DNA of 64,000 bases, from the NCBI GenBank assembly GCA_051003195.1, contig JBPCLP010000011.1, forward strand, positions 118,515 through 182,514. The letters are read 5' to 3'. Under the pieces are notes generated by a model. That model made no database searches. It saw nothing but the letters and a program-made list of their open reading frames with translations, and had not been told where the DNA came from. This DNA comes from Candidatus Sumerlaeaceae bacterium (GTDB lineage Bacteria; Sumerlaeota; Sumerlaeia; Sumerlaeales; Sumerlaeaceae). Positions 19,219-29,305 of the stretch are shown here, piece by piece (position 1 is the first letter of the stretch; each line of letters starts with the position of its first letter). A program made the position numbers and the translations under genes.

Positions 19219-20106
19219 TCAGCATTTGTTGCGCCGGTTGTCCCGCACGTTCACTTTCGTCTGGCACTTGTGCGGCTGCCAATAGCCGGAACATCCCAGA
19301 AATGGCCCGTGCTGGCTCTCCTGCAGTCCCATTTCCTCGCCGCAGTCCGCGCACACGAGCGTCGCCTTATGTGAAACTTCCAGTCGACCCGGAACCTGCT
19401 TAGGCTTGGCCAGCTCCTGCACCATCTCGTCCGTGTTGGTTCGCTGTACCCACTCCCAAAGCTGATGGAACTGAATCAGGTCAATCGGCTGGTCGAATGC
19501 CTCCTTCTCCGCGGCGTCGGAAAAGTAGCTCGTCGTTACAAACATGCCACGATCAGCTTTCTCGCGGGTTACGCAGCCGAGAAGCGCCCTGATCTCGTGC
19601 GGCGCAATGGCATCTCCAATCCATCGTTTGCACTGCACCAGCACATGCTGGCCGTCTTTAGTCCAGGCCTCCACGTCAACGCCACCATCACCCTCCGGTG
19701 TGTCGTCCTCCCATAATCCCCGGTGCTTAACGCGCTGCGCGCCGTCGCGTTTGAAAAGCTCGCATACCAGATGTTCAAGGTGCTTCGGGGTCAGGCGATG
19801 CAGAGCTTCAGGGCCATCCATATATCGAAGGATTGCGCGCCGCTGTACGTTGATAATCATCACCATCAAGGCTACGCAAATTCCAGCGGTCAGCGCAGCG
19901 CTAACCAAACTTGGCATCAGCGACACAATCCAGCCGCCGCCCGGGAGCAGGCGCGAAACAAACTGCTGCACGCCCAGTGCGAGAATGAAAATAACGCCGA
20001 ACACGGCTGCCTTGAACCGTAAGGGTGCGTACTCAAGCCAATCGAAAGCTCGTTCTACCCAATCTTTCGCTGCAGGTTGCTGTGACGCTGATTCGTTTGG
20101 CAGCAT
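19219..20106 (-). CDS. Membrane-anchored Mrr-family restriction endonuclease with C-terminal topoisomerase-type Zn ribbon
   Basis: Two N-terminal TM segments; GDGGVD..LVQCKRW..GMFVTTSYF (Mrr_cat); CADCG..GPFLGCSGY..C. Confidence 0.85.
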   Translation of the reverse strand: MLPNESASQQPAAKDWVERAFDWLEYAPLRFKAAVFGVIFILALGVQQFVSRLLPGGGWIVSLMPSLVSAALTAGICVALMVMIINVQRRAILRYMDGPEALHRLTPKHLEHLVCELFKRDGAQRVKHRGLWEDDTPEGDGGVDVEAWTKDGQHVLVQCKRWIGDAIAPHEIRALLGCVTREKADRGMFVTTSYFSDAAEKEAFDQPIDLIQFHQLWEWVQRTNTDEMVQELAKPKQVPGRLEVSHKATLVCADCGEEMGLQESQHGPFLGCSGYWQPHKCQTKVNVRDNRRNKC

Positions 20107-20198
20107 GCGAAATGACTAAGCTTTCCGTGTGGAGAACGCAAACTGAATTGAGAAGTTGCTATTCAGGCAACGGTGACCGCTTCGACTACGACGACAAC

Positions 20199-20654
20199 CT
20201 AGGATGACAGCCCAACTAGCTTACGCACATCCGGGCACGGACCTTCGATGTTTTGGATTCCCGGGCCCGAAGGTACGCCAAAAACAAGACATGGCACCAA
20301 CTTCAGCTTTCCAAAACAAGCCGCCTTGTATGTTGGGTAATCGTCCGACATGATAAACTGCTCACCCTGCTGATAAACCCACATAGGGGGCAGTTCGCTC
20401 TCTGCAGATTGCTGCAAAAGGCTGGGAATTACGGTCGCGTCCCACGGCTGCGGACGCACTGCATAAGCGGGGTCTTTCGGGTAAATGCTGGCCAGCGGAA
20501 TTTGCGCGTAGTAGACGCCAACCTGCCCGGCTACGGCCTGGTCCAGCAGTTCGGAAAACCGCGGGTCCAGCGGCGGCGGGTCTTCCGGGAGTTTGAGGTC
20601 TTTTGTTGGAACGCGTACGATCGGCGGCTTCGGATGCTTTCGGAACAAACCCAT
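20199..20654 (-). CDS. Hypothetical protein, possibly degenerate ParB/Srx-like fold
   Basis: IPLASIYP...PPMWVY..FIMSDD...A...L..VPCLV resembles the ParBc pattern but lacks the DGHxR motif. Confidence 0.5.
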   Translation of the reverse strand: MGLFRKHPKPPIVRVPTKDLKLPEDPPPLDPRFSELLDQAVAGQVGVYYAQIPLASIYPKDPAYAVRPQPWDATVIPSLLQQSAESELPPMWVYQQGEQFIMSDDYPTYKAACFGKLKLVPCLVFGVPSGPGIQNIEGPCPDVRKLVGLSS

Positions 20655-20664
20655 ACCTTTCTCT

Positions 20665-21477
20665 TTAGTTTCGTTGTGCTAGTTTTTTGAAGTTTTCAAA
20701 CGTACAGCAAGAAAGCCATGGGCACAACCTGCTTGAGCGATTCCGTAAGCCTCTATCGTTTGTTACAAAAAGGTCCGCGGCATTCGCATTAAATAAGTGT
20801 TTCAGATCGTGCGTATCCCGGACTAAGTTGAAATTATGGTTGGCAAGCACTCGGAAATTTAGAAACAGCTGTACGTTAATATAACAGTTTATAAACGGTA
20901 GATTACTAGGGTCACGGAAAAGCGTAGAGTCAGAATACATCAATACAGCAGCTCCCCAAGATGACTTCTCGATTATTCGGCGGCGGGCACGGGGATTCTG
21001 TAAAAACTCAGCTTCAGTTTCATCCGCCCCAATAGCGTTAGCGGCTCGTACTTCGTCAATGAACAACGGAGTACCATATTTGATGTCACTCTCGAACGCT
21101 TCTACTGCACAAACACCCTCATCGGAAAAGCCCATCGCAAGACGGGCGATTTCGCGTTTGAAACACATCCGCTTCAAGTAACCGTATGTTCGGGGGCTTC
21201 GAATCTGCCAACGAAGGTACTCTACGTCATTGCGAATGAGTTCGTCAGGAACTCGTAGAAATCCGCCAATGTCAATCTCACTCAATAGCGTGAAAACACG
21301 CTGGACTGCAGTCTGGCTGGATTGGCGCGCAGAGTAAAAACCCCTTATAAACTCATGTAATGTTTGTGTGCTTACCAACGGCTCCGCGTCGAAATGATTG
21401 AGCAATTCTTGGAATTCACCGGATTCGAATTCGCGTGAAGCCTGCAGCCACGCATTCTGGTCGAGATAGACACGCAT
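20665..21477 (-). CDS. PIN-like domain protein
   Basis: N-terminal RVYLDQN, TLHE, C-terminal DLKH...DLFVTND acidic pattern of PIN nucleases; low-GC DNA. Confidence 0.6.
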   Translation of the reverse strand: MRVYLDQNAWLQASREFESGEFQELLNHFDAEPLVSTQTLHEFIRGFYSARQSSQTAVQRVFTLLSEIDIGGFLRVPDELIRNDVEYLRWQIRSPRTYGYLKRMCFKREIARLAMGFSDEGVCAVEAFESDIKYGTPLFIDEVRAANAIGADETEAEFLQNPRARRRIIEKSSWGAAVLMYSDSTLFRDPSNLPFINCYINVQLFLNFRVLANHNFNLVRDTHDLKHLFNANAADLFVTNDRGLRNRSSRLCPWLSCCTFENFKKLAQRN

Positions 21478-21659
21478 CGAAAGCTATTCTATCACTTGCT
21501 TCGAGTTATTGAAGCAGCGGCAGGAATTCAAATTACTAAGCTGCGCGTAAATCCGACGTCCGACTAATTGGTCCAATTACAGCTCCCAGTTTCACTTAGT
21601 ATCTGATGATAGTAGAACGTTTGGTCTATAAAACTCAAGTGAATTCGAATTATATGTGC

Positions 21660-22919
21660 CTACTCCCTAAAAGCAACTTGATGACCAGCCCCCTGCACCG
21701 GCGGGGGGAACTTGGGTTCGAGATTTTTCACACCAGCAAGCGCCAAAAGCATGTAGCCGTAGAACCGACAGAGAAAGCGCTGATCGGTCAGGCTTCTGTT
21801 CAGAAGCGCGTCGGAATAGCCAGCTTCTGTTTCCCGTGCCCAATCTGGGTGGGCCATGTTGTTGCGCAGGCGATGAAATGATTTAGAGGCTATGAGGGCA
21901 ATCGGCTCCCACTGTGGGTTGAGATACGTTGCTGTAAACGCTTCCAGTGAATGTTCCAACTGCCAACGGCGACGTCGCGGGAGCCTTCCAGCCGTCGTGA
22001 GGGTCCGTAAGATCCCTTCTAGCGTTGCGCTGACAAGGAGCTCCTGGCCGGCAAGTTCCTGTTCCAATGCGCTAGCAACGCGTGAAATGCATCGATTTGC
22101 TACTATCCATAGCACCTCGTCTTCCAAGAATCGCCTGACGAGATTTACAACTCCGTGTTTGTTGACGCCGCCGTACGGCTTCTCAAAAAACAAAAGGTAG
22201 TCATGGAGGGACTTAATCGGTCGATGCTTGAAATACTGCGAAATCCTGCGCTGACCTCGCAGCGTACTTCGCTCCAGCATCCCCACAGTTTGCCCGTGTA
22301 GCAGTTTCAGCACAAGCTGCAGCCTATGAGCAAAGTGCCAGGATGCGGCGCGCGTGAAACTCGCTTTATTTAGCTTCCAGTGAACCTGAATCGAGTGATC
22401 GCCACGCTCATCCACCTGGATCCAGGTTCCATCTTCGCCTTCGTAGAAGCGCGTTTTTGGGATATCACGTTTTTCTCGTCTCGCATAAAATTCCGCCTTA
22501 TGGTCATTAGCATCGAACAAGCCGAAATGATCCGTGCCTTGATACACTGCATCACCAAACCAATACTCGTTTGAACTGCTTACCGGCTGAGGCTCTTGCA
22601 CGATTCGCACAGCAGTGCTGCAGGCCGAGTCCAAATATTTAGCATGAATCAAGAGTACAGAACCGAGCTGGCTATACGGTAGCCAAACCTTTGATCCATC
22701 GGTCATCAGCATGCGAATGCTCGGTCGTTCGTCTCGAGGAATTGCACCGATATGTCTAAACTCGATCCGTTTTACGTCTGGACCGCTAAGTGGACCTTCT
22801 ACCCTGAATCCTTTCTTTGGGTTCCACTTTAGTGCGCCCCGCCCTTTGTACTGCTTTCCTTTGAAGCAGAATTGTAACCCGGCAATGATGTTCGAACTTT
22901 TTGCATCGTGGGAGAACAT
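21660..22919 (-). CDS. HEPN-domain protein (ApeA-like architecture)
   Basis: Beta-rich N-terminus, helical C-terminus with LEG and RxxxxH motif (RNNMAH). Confidence 0.6.
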   Translation of the reverse strand: MFSHDAKSSNIIAGLQFCFKGKQYKGRGALKWNPKKGFRVEGPLSGPDVKRIEFRHIGAIPRDERPSIRMLMTDGSKVWLPYSQLGSVLLIHAKYLDSACSTAVRIVQEPQPVSSSNEYWFGDAVYQGTDHFGLFDANDHKAEFYARREKRDIPKTRFYEGEDGTWIQVDERGDHSIQVHWKLNKASFTRAASWHFAHRLQLVLKLLHGQTVGMLERSTLRGQRRISQYFKHRPIKSLHDYLLFFEKPYGGVNKHGVVNLVRRFLEDEVLWIVANRCISRVASALEQELAGQELLVSATLEGILRTLTTAGRLPRRRRWQLEHSLEAFTATYLNPQWEPIALIASKSFHRLRNNMAHPDWARETEAGYSDALLNRSLTDQRFLCRFYGYMLLALAGVKNLEPKFPPPVQGAGHQVAFRE

Positions 22920-22954
22920 TGCCCCGCCTATCTAAACATCCATGGAGTGGTTTT

Positions 22955-25783
22955 CTAGACGCCGCTGTGCGTTCGCGGTCTAGAGCGTGTCCGCGCATCT
23001 GGCGTGACAAAGCCGGAGGTGAGCCGTTCATATTCGGCAAAGAGGAACTCGACGCGGGCTCGTTCGGTGGGGAATGGTTGCGGGCGGTAGGCTAAATCTA
23101 CGGCACGATCTAGTGTTCTATGTGCCTGCTGTAGCTTGAGAGGCATCGTTAGGGGATCATATAGGTCCGCCAGTGTTGAACCTGGAAACATTGCGCGTAC
23201 TTCCAAGACGGCGCGGGCTGCCGACGCTATCCGCGTCATTTGCTGAGTGTTGACATTGTTCGGCCACGCAAACGTATTATACACCATGGATCCTGAGTAC
23301 CGAAAACGTGATTCGAGACGGCCACCAATCTGCCGAATCCATGCCATGTGCATGGCGGAGGTCAGCACGCCAAACAAGTATAAGCTATTGCTTGGAACGA
23401 GAAAATTAGTATTCGCGGAGATCAATTCGGGCTTCATAATTCCCATTGGTATATACGCGCGCCGCTCTGAAGAAACTTCCGGTATTAAAATGTAATCTGT
23501 TGCTGGTTGCGAGATGTAGAAGAAGCGTCCAGGAGTTGAAGCAGCGCGTCTCGTTGGTTCCGCCGAGCTACGCAAGCGAAACTGGCGAACTCTTTCTACT
23601 CGCTCCATTACATGCGGCAACTTGCTGAGCTTAGCAGGGTCTGCGTTCACCAGCCAGAGACACCACCTCATATTACCGTTAATAAATTCCTCTGACCCTG
23701 TGAAGGCACGCAAAAACTCCGCTGCTTCAGGTTCGGCGGCAAGCAGCTCTTCCTTTTCCTGACGCGTTAGAATCAGATGTCCGCCGTCCGACGGCTTATT
23801 GCCGCACCGCATTGGCGGCACTGTACAGATCGGAGACTGCCGCTTAGTTACGACTGTATTAGTGGCTTCGGTCAGGTAGGGACTGATGTTTTTGACGAAA
23901 GTAACCACAGGGTCTTGAACATTAGCTTCGTAGTCGTAGATGAATTTTTGACTTCTCTCGCGCTGACCAAAGCCAATGATGACAACATGGACATGCGCCG
24001 CACCTCGTGCTTCGCTTTGCCATCGAAACGTTCTGTGCGCAAACTGTATCGAAATACCGTATTTCTCAAATAAGAACGGCCACAGAACCGAGACTTGTTC
24101 GCCTTGAGTGATTGAGTTGGTGGAAACAAAGCAGGCGGTGATGTGCGTCCCCTGAATGTACCGGCTTGCGAGTACGTACCAGCATGCCACGTAATCCAAA
24201 TCGCTGCTGCCTCGCACCTGATTAAAAATAACTTTTTGCTGTTCGCGCTGCTCTGGTGTTTGGTAATGTTTTCCCACGAACGGCGGATTGCCAAGAATAT
24301 AGCTGCATTGCTCAACCGGAAGCACGCATTTCCAATCGATCTGCAGGGCGTTCGCGTGTACCACCGTGGGTGATTTGCGCAGGGGCAGACGGACGTAATA
24401 GAAGCCGAACGCTTCCGACAGGTTGATGTTCATCTGGTGGTCCATAAGCCACATGGCGACTTCGGCGATGCGTACGGGGAATTCGCTGATCTCGATTCCG
24501 TAAAATGCGTCCACATCCACACGCGCGAGGTGCTGCACGCTCATCAGCTGTTCTTCAACAACGGCACTTTCTTCGCTGTACCGCTTTCGTCGACCTGTAG
24601 TGGCGCGCGATTGCTGGAGCAACGTGAGCTGCTTGAGAACCTCAAGTTCTAGAATTCGCAGCTCGCGGTAGGTGATCACTAGGAAGTTTCCGCAGCCGCA
24701 GGCAGGGTCGAGGAAGTTCAAACCGCCGAGCTTGTCATGGAACTGCTCGAGCTTGCGTCGATCGGTGCGGACTCGTTCGAACTCTATATGTAGATCGTCC
24801 AGAAAGAGCGAACGGACCACCTTGAGAATGTCGCGCTCTGATGTGTAGTGGCCGCCAAGTTGCCGCCGCTCTCGGGGTTCCATTACACTCTGGAATAGTG
24901 AGCCGAATATGGCTGGCGAAATCTGGCTCCAATCAAAGCGGCAGCACTGCAGGAGCGCCATTCGCATTGCTGTGTTGAATTCTGCGATGGGCAGTAATTC
25001 CGAAAAGAGTCCGCCGTTTACATACGGCAACAATGCGATCAGCTCATCCAGATTGCGCTGGCGATCCTCATTGGGTGTGTTCAGTGTTTCGAATACACGC
25101 TGAAGCAGGGGTCCGGCGTCGCTACCGTCTTCTCTTGTGTGATCCAGCAGCTGCGAAAAAGCATCGCGATCAAAGATGCCGGTATCGTCGGCGAAGAGGC
25201 AGAAGAGCACGCGCACGAGATACCGCTCAAGGTTATGACCGGTGTAGCCATTGTCTTCTAAGGCATCATGGAGCCGGCCCATAAGATCGACAGCCTTAAG
25301 ATTTGCCGGGTCCTGCTCTTCAAAAACGTGCTGCTTATAACCGGGGATGAAGGCAAACGCGTGGATATTTTTATGGAAATCGCGCAGCGGGAAATCGAAG
25401 CTGTCGCCGGTGTCCAGGTCGTGCAATGCGATGCGCGCAAAATCCGAGAGGACGATGTAGCGCGGTACCTCGTCGTGGCGGCCTGCGCGCGTGAGGTCCT
25501 GGATGTAGTCGGTTGCCTGCGATTGAGCTTTTTCAAGGCTGTGGCCGCGGGACTTGTGCTCAGCTAGAAGCGTGCTTTTCCAGAAGAGGTCGATGAAGCC
25601 ATACTTGCCGCGGATGTTGCGCACCGGTTCTTCGAAGCTGGCGACAGAGCGTCGACGGATGCCGAAGACGTTAAAGAACTCATCCCAAAAGGTCTTCGCT
25701 TCGGCTTCTTCGCGGCGCTCGTGCTCCCATTCCTTGGAGAACTCGATTGCGCGGTGTCGTATTTCGTTCCAACTGATGGGCAT
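22955..25783 (-). CDS. MmeI/YeeA-like Type IIL restriction-modification enzyme (N6-adenine MTase + nuclease + TRD)
   Basis: N-terminal EAKTFW..GFIDLFWK..LAEHKS PD-(D/E)xK; LDPACGCGNFL motif I; GNPPFVG motif IV; GGRLESRFRYS..VYNTF; LADLYDP. Confidence 0.95.
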   Translation of the reverse strand: MPISWNEIRHRAIEFSKEWEHERREEAEAKTFWDEFFNVFGIRRRSVASFEEPVRNIRGKYGFIDLFWKSTLLAEHKSRGHSLEKAQSQATDYIQDLTRAGRHDEVPRYIVLSDFARIALHDLDTGDSFDFPLRDFHKNIHAFAFIPGYKQHVFEEQDPANLKAVDLMGRLHDALEDNGYTGHNLERYLVRVLFCLFADDTGIFDRDAFSQLLDHTREDGSDAGPLLQRVFETLNTPNEDRQRNLDELIALLPYVNGGLFSELLPIAEFNTAMRMALLQCCRFDWSQISPAIFGSLFQSVMEPRERRQLGGHYTSERDILKVVRSLFLDDLHIEFERVRTDRRKLEQFHDKLGGLNFLDPACGCGNFLVITYRELRILELEVLKQLTLLQQSRATTGRRKRYSEESAVVEEQLMSVQHLARVDVDAFYGIEISEFPVRIAEVAMWLMDHQMNINLSEAFGFYYVRLPLRKSPTVVHANALQIDWKCVLPVEQCSYILGNPPFVGKHYQTPEQREQQKVIFNQVRGSSDLDYVACWYVLASRYIQGTHITACFVSTNSITQGEQVSVLWPFLFEKYGISIQFAHRTFRWQSEARGAAHVHVVIIGFGQRERSQKFIYDYEANVQDPVVTFVKNISPYLTEATNTVVTKRQSPICTVPPMRCGNKPSDGGHLILTRQEKEELLAAEPEAAEFLRAFTGSEEFINGNMRWCLWLVNADPAKLSKLPHVMERVERVRQFRLRSSAEPTRRAASTPGRFFYISQPATDYILIPEVSSERRAYIPMGIMKPELISANTNFLVPSNSLYLFGVLTSAMHMAWIRQIGGRLESRFRYSGSMVYNTFAWPNNVNTQQMTRIASAARAVLEVRAMFPGSTLADLYDPLTMPLKLQQAHRTLDRAVDLAYRPQPFPTERARVEFLFAEYERLTSGFVTPDARTRSRPRTHSGV

Positions 25784-26113
25784 CGGCTAAGTGGATGGAA
25801 AGGGCAATGGGTTTGCAACCCTGAATAAAGCAAAAGAAGTTACGGGGATGCGGACGTGTCAGATTTAGTGTCAGCTCCCGATCAGTTTCTTTTCATGGCC
25901 GCGGCTGCCCGGCGACTGTAGCCGAAACCCCTGCACTTTAACGAAACCCCTGCACTTTAAGGTGCTCTAGGGGTCTCGAAGGGTCCGTGTGGGAATACCA
26001 TTGTCCAAAAGCCTGTGCTACACAGGTCCTCATGATGATAAAACAAACGCAGTTTCCCGACCCAGCAGACCTTGGTGGCGCAGGCGTCTCGCCTGCGGTT
26101 GACGTGTTCCAGC

Positions 26114-26560
26114 ACCTTACAGAAACATTACCGCTATTCAAGTGGCGAAATTACCAACTTGAACTTGAATACAGGAACGAGACAATTTGATGACCCTGGC
26201 AACGCACCCCCCCGTGCCTACCGTCGTCCATCCCGCCGACGATTCCGAGTCCGGCTTGTACTCGGCAATCCGCAATCCGCACTCGAAAGTACTCCGAAAT
26301 CCGCAATCCGCACTCCAAGTGGCCCACGCAGACGAACTCGAAACAGGAGTGAAACCTTACAGAAACATTACCGCTATTCAAGTGGCGAAATTACCAACTT
26401 GAACTTGAAAGCAAGAAAGGAGACCTTTTGATGACCCTGAGAAACGCAACCTGCCGTCCTTGCCGTCGACGATTCCGAGTCCGGCTTGGTCTCCGCACTC
26501 CGCACTCCGCACTCGAAAGTACTCCGAAATCCGCAATCCGCAATCCGCACTCGATCTGGA
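26114..26560 (+). repeat. ~240-bp tandem duplication containing the GGCGAAATTACC hairpin element and AATCCGC/ACTCCGC heptamer runs
   Basis: 56-bp identical block at 26114-26169 and 26354-26409; GACGATTCCGAGTCCGGCTTG and CACTCGAAAGTACTCCGAAATCCGCAATCCGCA in both units. Confidence 0.9.
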
Positions 26561-26577
26561 GGCCGCATGATCTGAAC

Positions 26578-26685
26578 ATTACGGAAATCAAAGGGCGAAA
26601 TTACCCAATCGGCCTGTTTGATTTAAATCGTGAAATGCCAATGAGCGACGCCAATGTTTGATTACTTTTGATTAGCTTTGATTAA
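26578..26685 (+). repeat. Hairpin element (GGCGAAATTACC family), divergent copy, with three trailing TTTGATTA repeats
   Basis: ATTACGGAAATCAAAGGGCGAAATTACCC...GCCTGTTTGATTT; TTTGATTA x3 at ~26657-26685. Confidence 0.7.
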
Positions 26686-26699
26686 GGCTCGGCGCTGGT

Positions 26700-26851
26700 T
26701 TTTGAAGTGCGTGCCGCTTGCCGCCGCTTTTGGTAGCGCAAGGCTCGATTATTTGCCCGGGGCTTCCAGCACTGATTGAGTCTTCTTCTCGCAGCAGGCT
26801 GGAAGCCTGCTCTACCGCGCAGGATGCGCGACCTCTGGGACGGCACACTGG
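26700..26851. repeat. Cluster of isolated REP-like palindromes and a MITE-like end
   Basis: TTTGAAGTGCGTGCCGCTTGCCGCCGCTTT (matches the RAYT REP), GCAGGCTGGAAGCCTGC, and GGGACGGCACACTGG (reverse complement of the end at 7071). Confidence 0.6.
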
Positions 26852-26928
26852 TGATCCTGACGTTTTTTGTTTTCCATTGGTAGTAGCGCACGCAATGGAC
26901 GCATGAAACCTCTAACGACTGGACGCTG

Positions 26929-28176
26929 ATGAACGCTTCGGAGCTCAAAGGTAAAACAATCGCATTTGCCGGCAGCGGCGGGCTGGATAGCTGCACCATC
27001 ACGCGCTGGCTGACGGACCAGGGCGTCAAAGTTGTGAGCGTGACGCTGGACCTTGGACAGCCCGACGAATCGAGCCTGGACGAGGTGAAGCAGCGCATGC
27101 TGGCGTCGGGCGCGCAGGACGCCGTGGTGGTGGACGGCCGCGCGGCACTGGCCGAGGAGGGGCTGAAGGTCATCCAGTCGCAGGCGACGTACGAGGGCGA
27201 CTACTGGAACACGACGGGGATCGCGCGTCACGTGACCACGAACCTCATCCTCGACGTGATGCGGCAGCGCGGCATCAAAATTTTAAGTCACGGCGCGACG
27301 GGTCGCGGCAACGACCAGGTGCGCTTCCAGCTTGTGACGAACATGCTGGAGCCGGATTTCGACGTGTACGCACCGTGGCGCGACCAGCAGTTTCTGGACG
27401 CGTTCGGCGGACGCAAAGAAATGATCACCTATTGCGAGAGCAAGGGCATCCCGGTGAAGGCGAGCCACGCAAAACCGTATTCGACCGACGCGAACCTGCT
27501 GGGACTGACGCACGAGGCCGGCAAACTGGAAAGCCTCGAAGTCGGCGCGCTGGAGATCGAGCCGGAGTTTGGAGTGTCGCCGGTGGAGGCGCCGGACAAG
27601 CCGGAGCCGGTGGAGGTCACGTTTCACCGCGGACGGCCGACGCATCTGAATGGAAAGAAGCTCGACCTGCTCGAGCTGCTGGAGCTCGGCAATAAAATTG
27701 GCGGGCGTAACGGGGTGGGGATCGCGCTGCACCTGGTGGAGAATCGCTTCGTCGGGATCAAGAGCCGCGGCGTGTACGAGACCCCCGGCATGCAACTGCT
27801 GGGCAAGGCATACGAGTATATGCTGCAACTGATACTGGACCGGCGCGGACGGCGGCTGTTCGATCACCTGAGCGGCATGCTGGCCGAGCAGATTTACCAG
27901 GGCTACTGGTTCGATCCGGCGTCGACGGCGGCCAAGGCGGCGGTGGCGCACTTCGCGCGGTTCGCGACGGGCACGATCAAGATGCAGCTTCACAAGGGCA
28001 ACTGCCACTTCGCCGCGGCTGAGGATGTCGCGCACTGCCTGTACTCGGAAAGCGCGGCGAGCATGGAGAAGGTGGGCGAGTTTAACCACGCCGACAGCGA
28101 GGGATTTCTGAACGTGCTGGGTGTGTCGGCGCGTATCCTCGCGCGGATGGACCAGATCGACGGACAGAAGGATTGA
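26929..28176 (+). CDS. argG: Argininosuccinate synthase
   Basis: [44 protein letters not shown]. Confidence 0.96.
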   Translation: MNASELKGKTIAFAGSGGLDSCTITRWLTDQGVKVVSVTLDLGQPDESSLDEVKQRMLASGAQDAVVVDGRAALAEEGLKVIQSQATYEGDYWNTTGIARHVTTNLILDVMRQRGIKILSHGATGRGNDQVRFQLVTNMLEPDFDVYAPWRDQQFLDAFGGRKEMITYCESKGIPVKASHAKPYSTDANLLGLTHEAGKLESLEVGALEIEPEFGVSPVEAPDKPEPVEVTFHRGRPTHLNGKKLDLLELLELGNKIGGRNGVGIALHLVENRFVGIKSRGVYETPGMQLLGKAYEYMLQLILDRRGRRLFDHLSGMLAEQIYQGYWFDPASTAAKAAVAHFARFATGTIKMQLHKGNCHFAAAEDVAHCLYSESAASMEKVGEFNHADSEGFLNVLGVSARILARMDQIDGQKD

Positions 28177-28183
28177 AAAGGCG

Positions 28184-29173
<990 letters not shown>

Positions 29174-29305
29174 TTGGCAGGCTATAGAACATTCGCTCAG
29201 GTCGATAACCCAACCTAATCCAAGCCGCGGCCGAGTGAAACGCGGGCCTCGCACGATTTTTCGTGCATCGCGCCCGGTTCTCGCTACGTACAGCTCCCAG
29301 AACCC

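Noticed and set aside
18955..25783. Integron cassette array
   Set aside because: Genes are co-oriented, but I found no attC-like RYYYAAC...GTTRRRY palindromes between them and no integrase
25987..26661. Family of small peptides sharing LPxFKWRNY (also ORF 18454-18732)
   Set aside because: The shared residues come from the DNA repeat; copies fall in different frames and one has a 1-nt indel in the core
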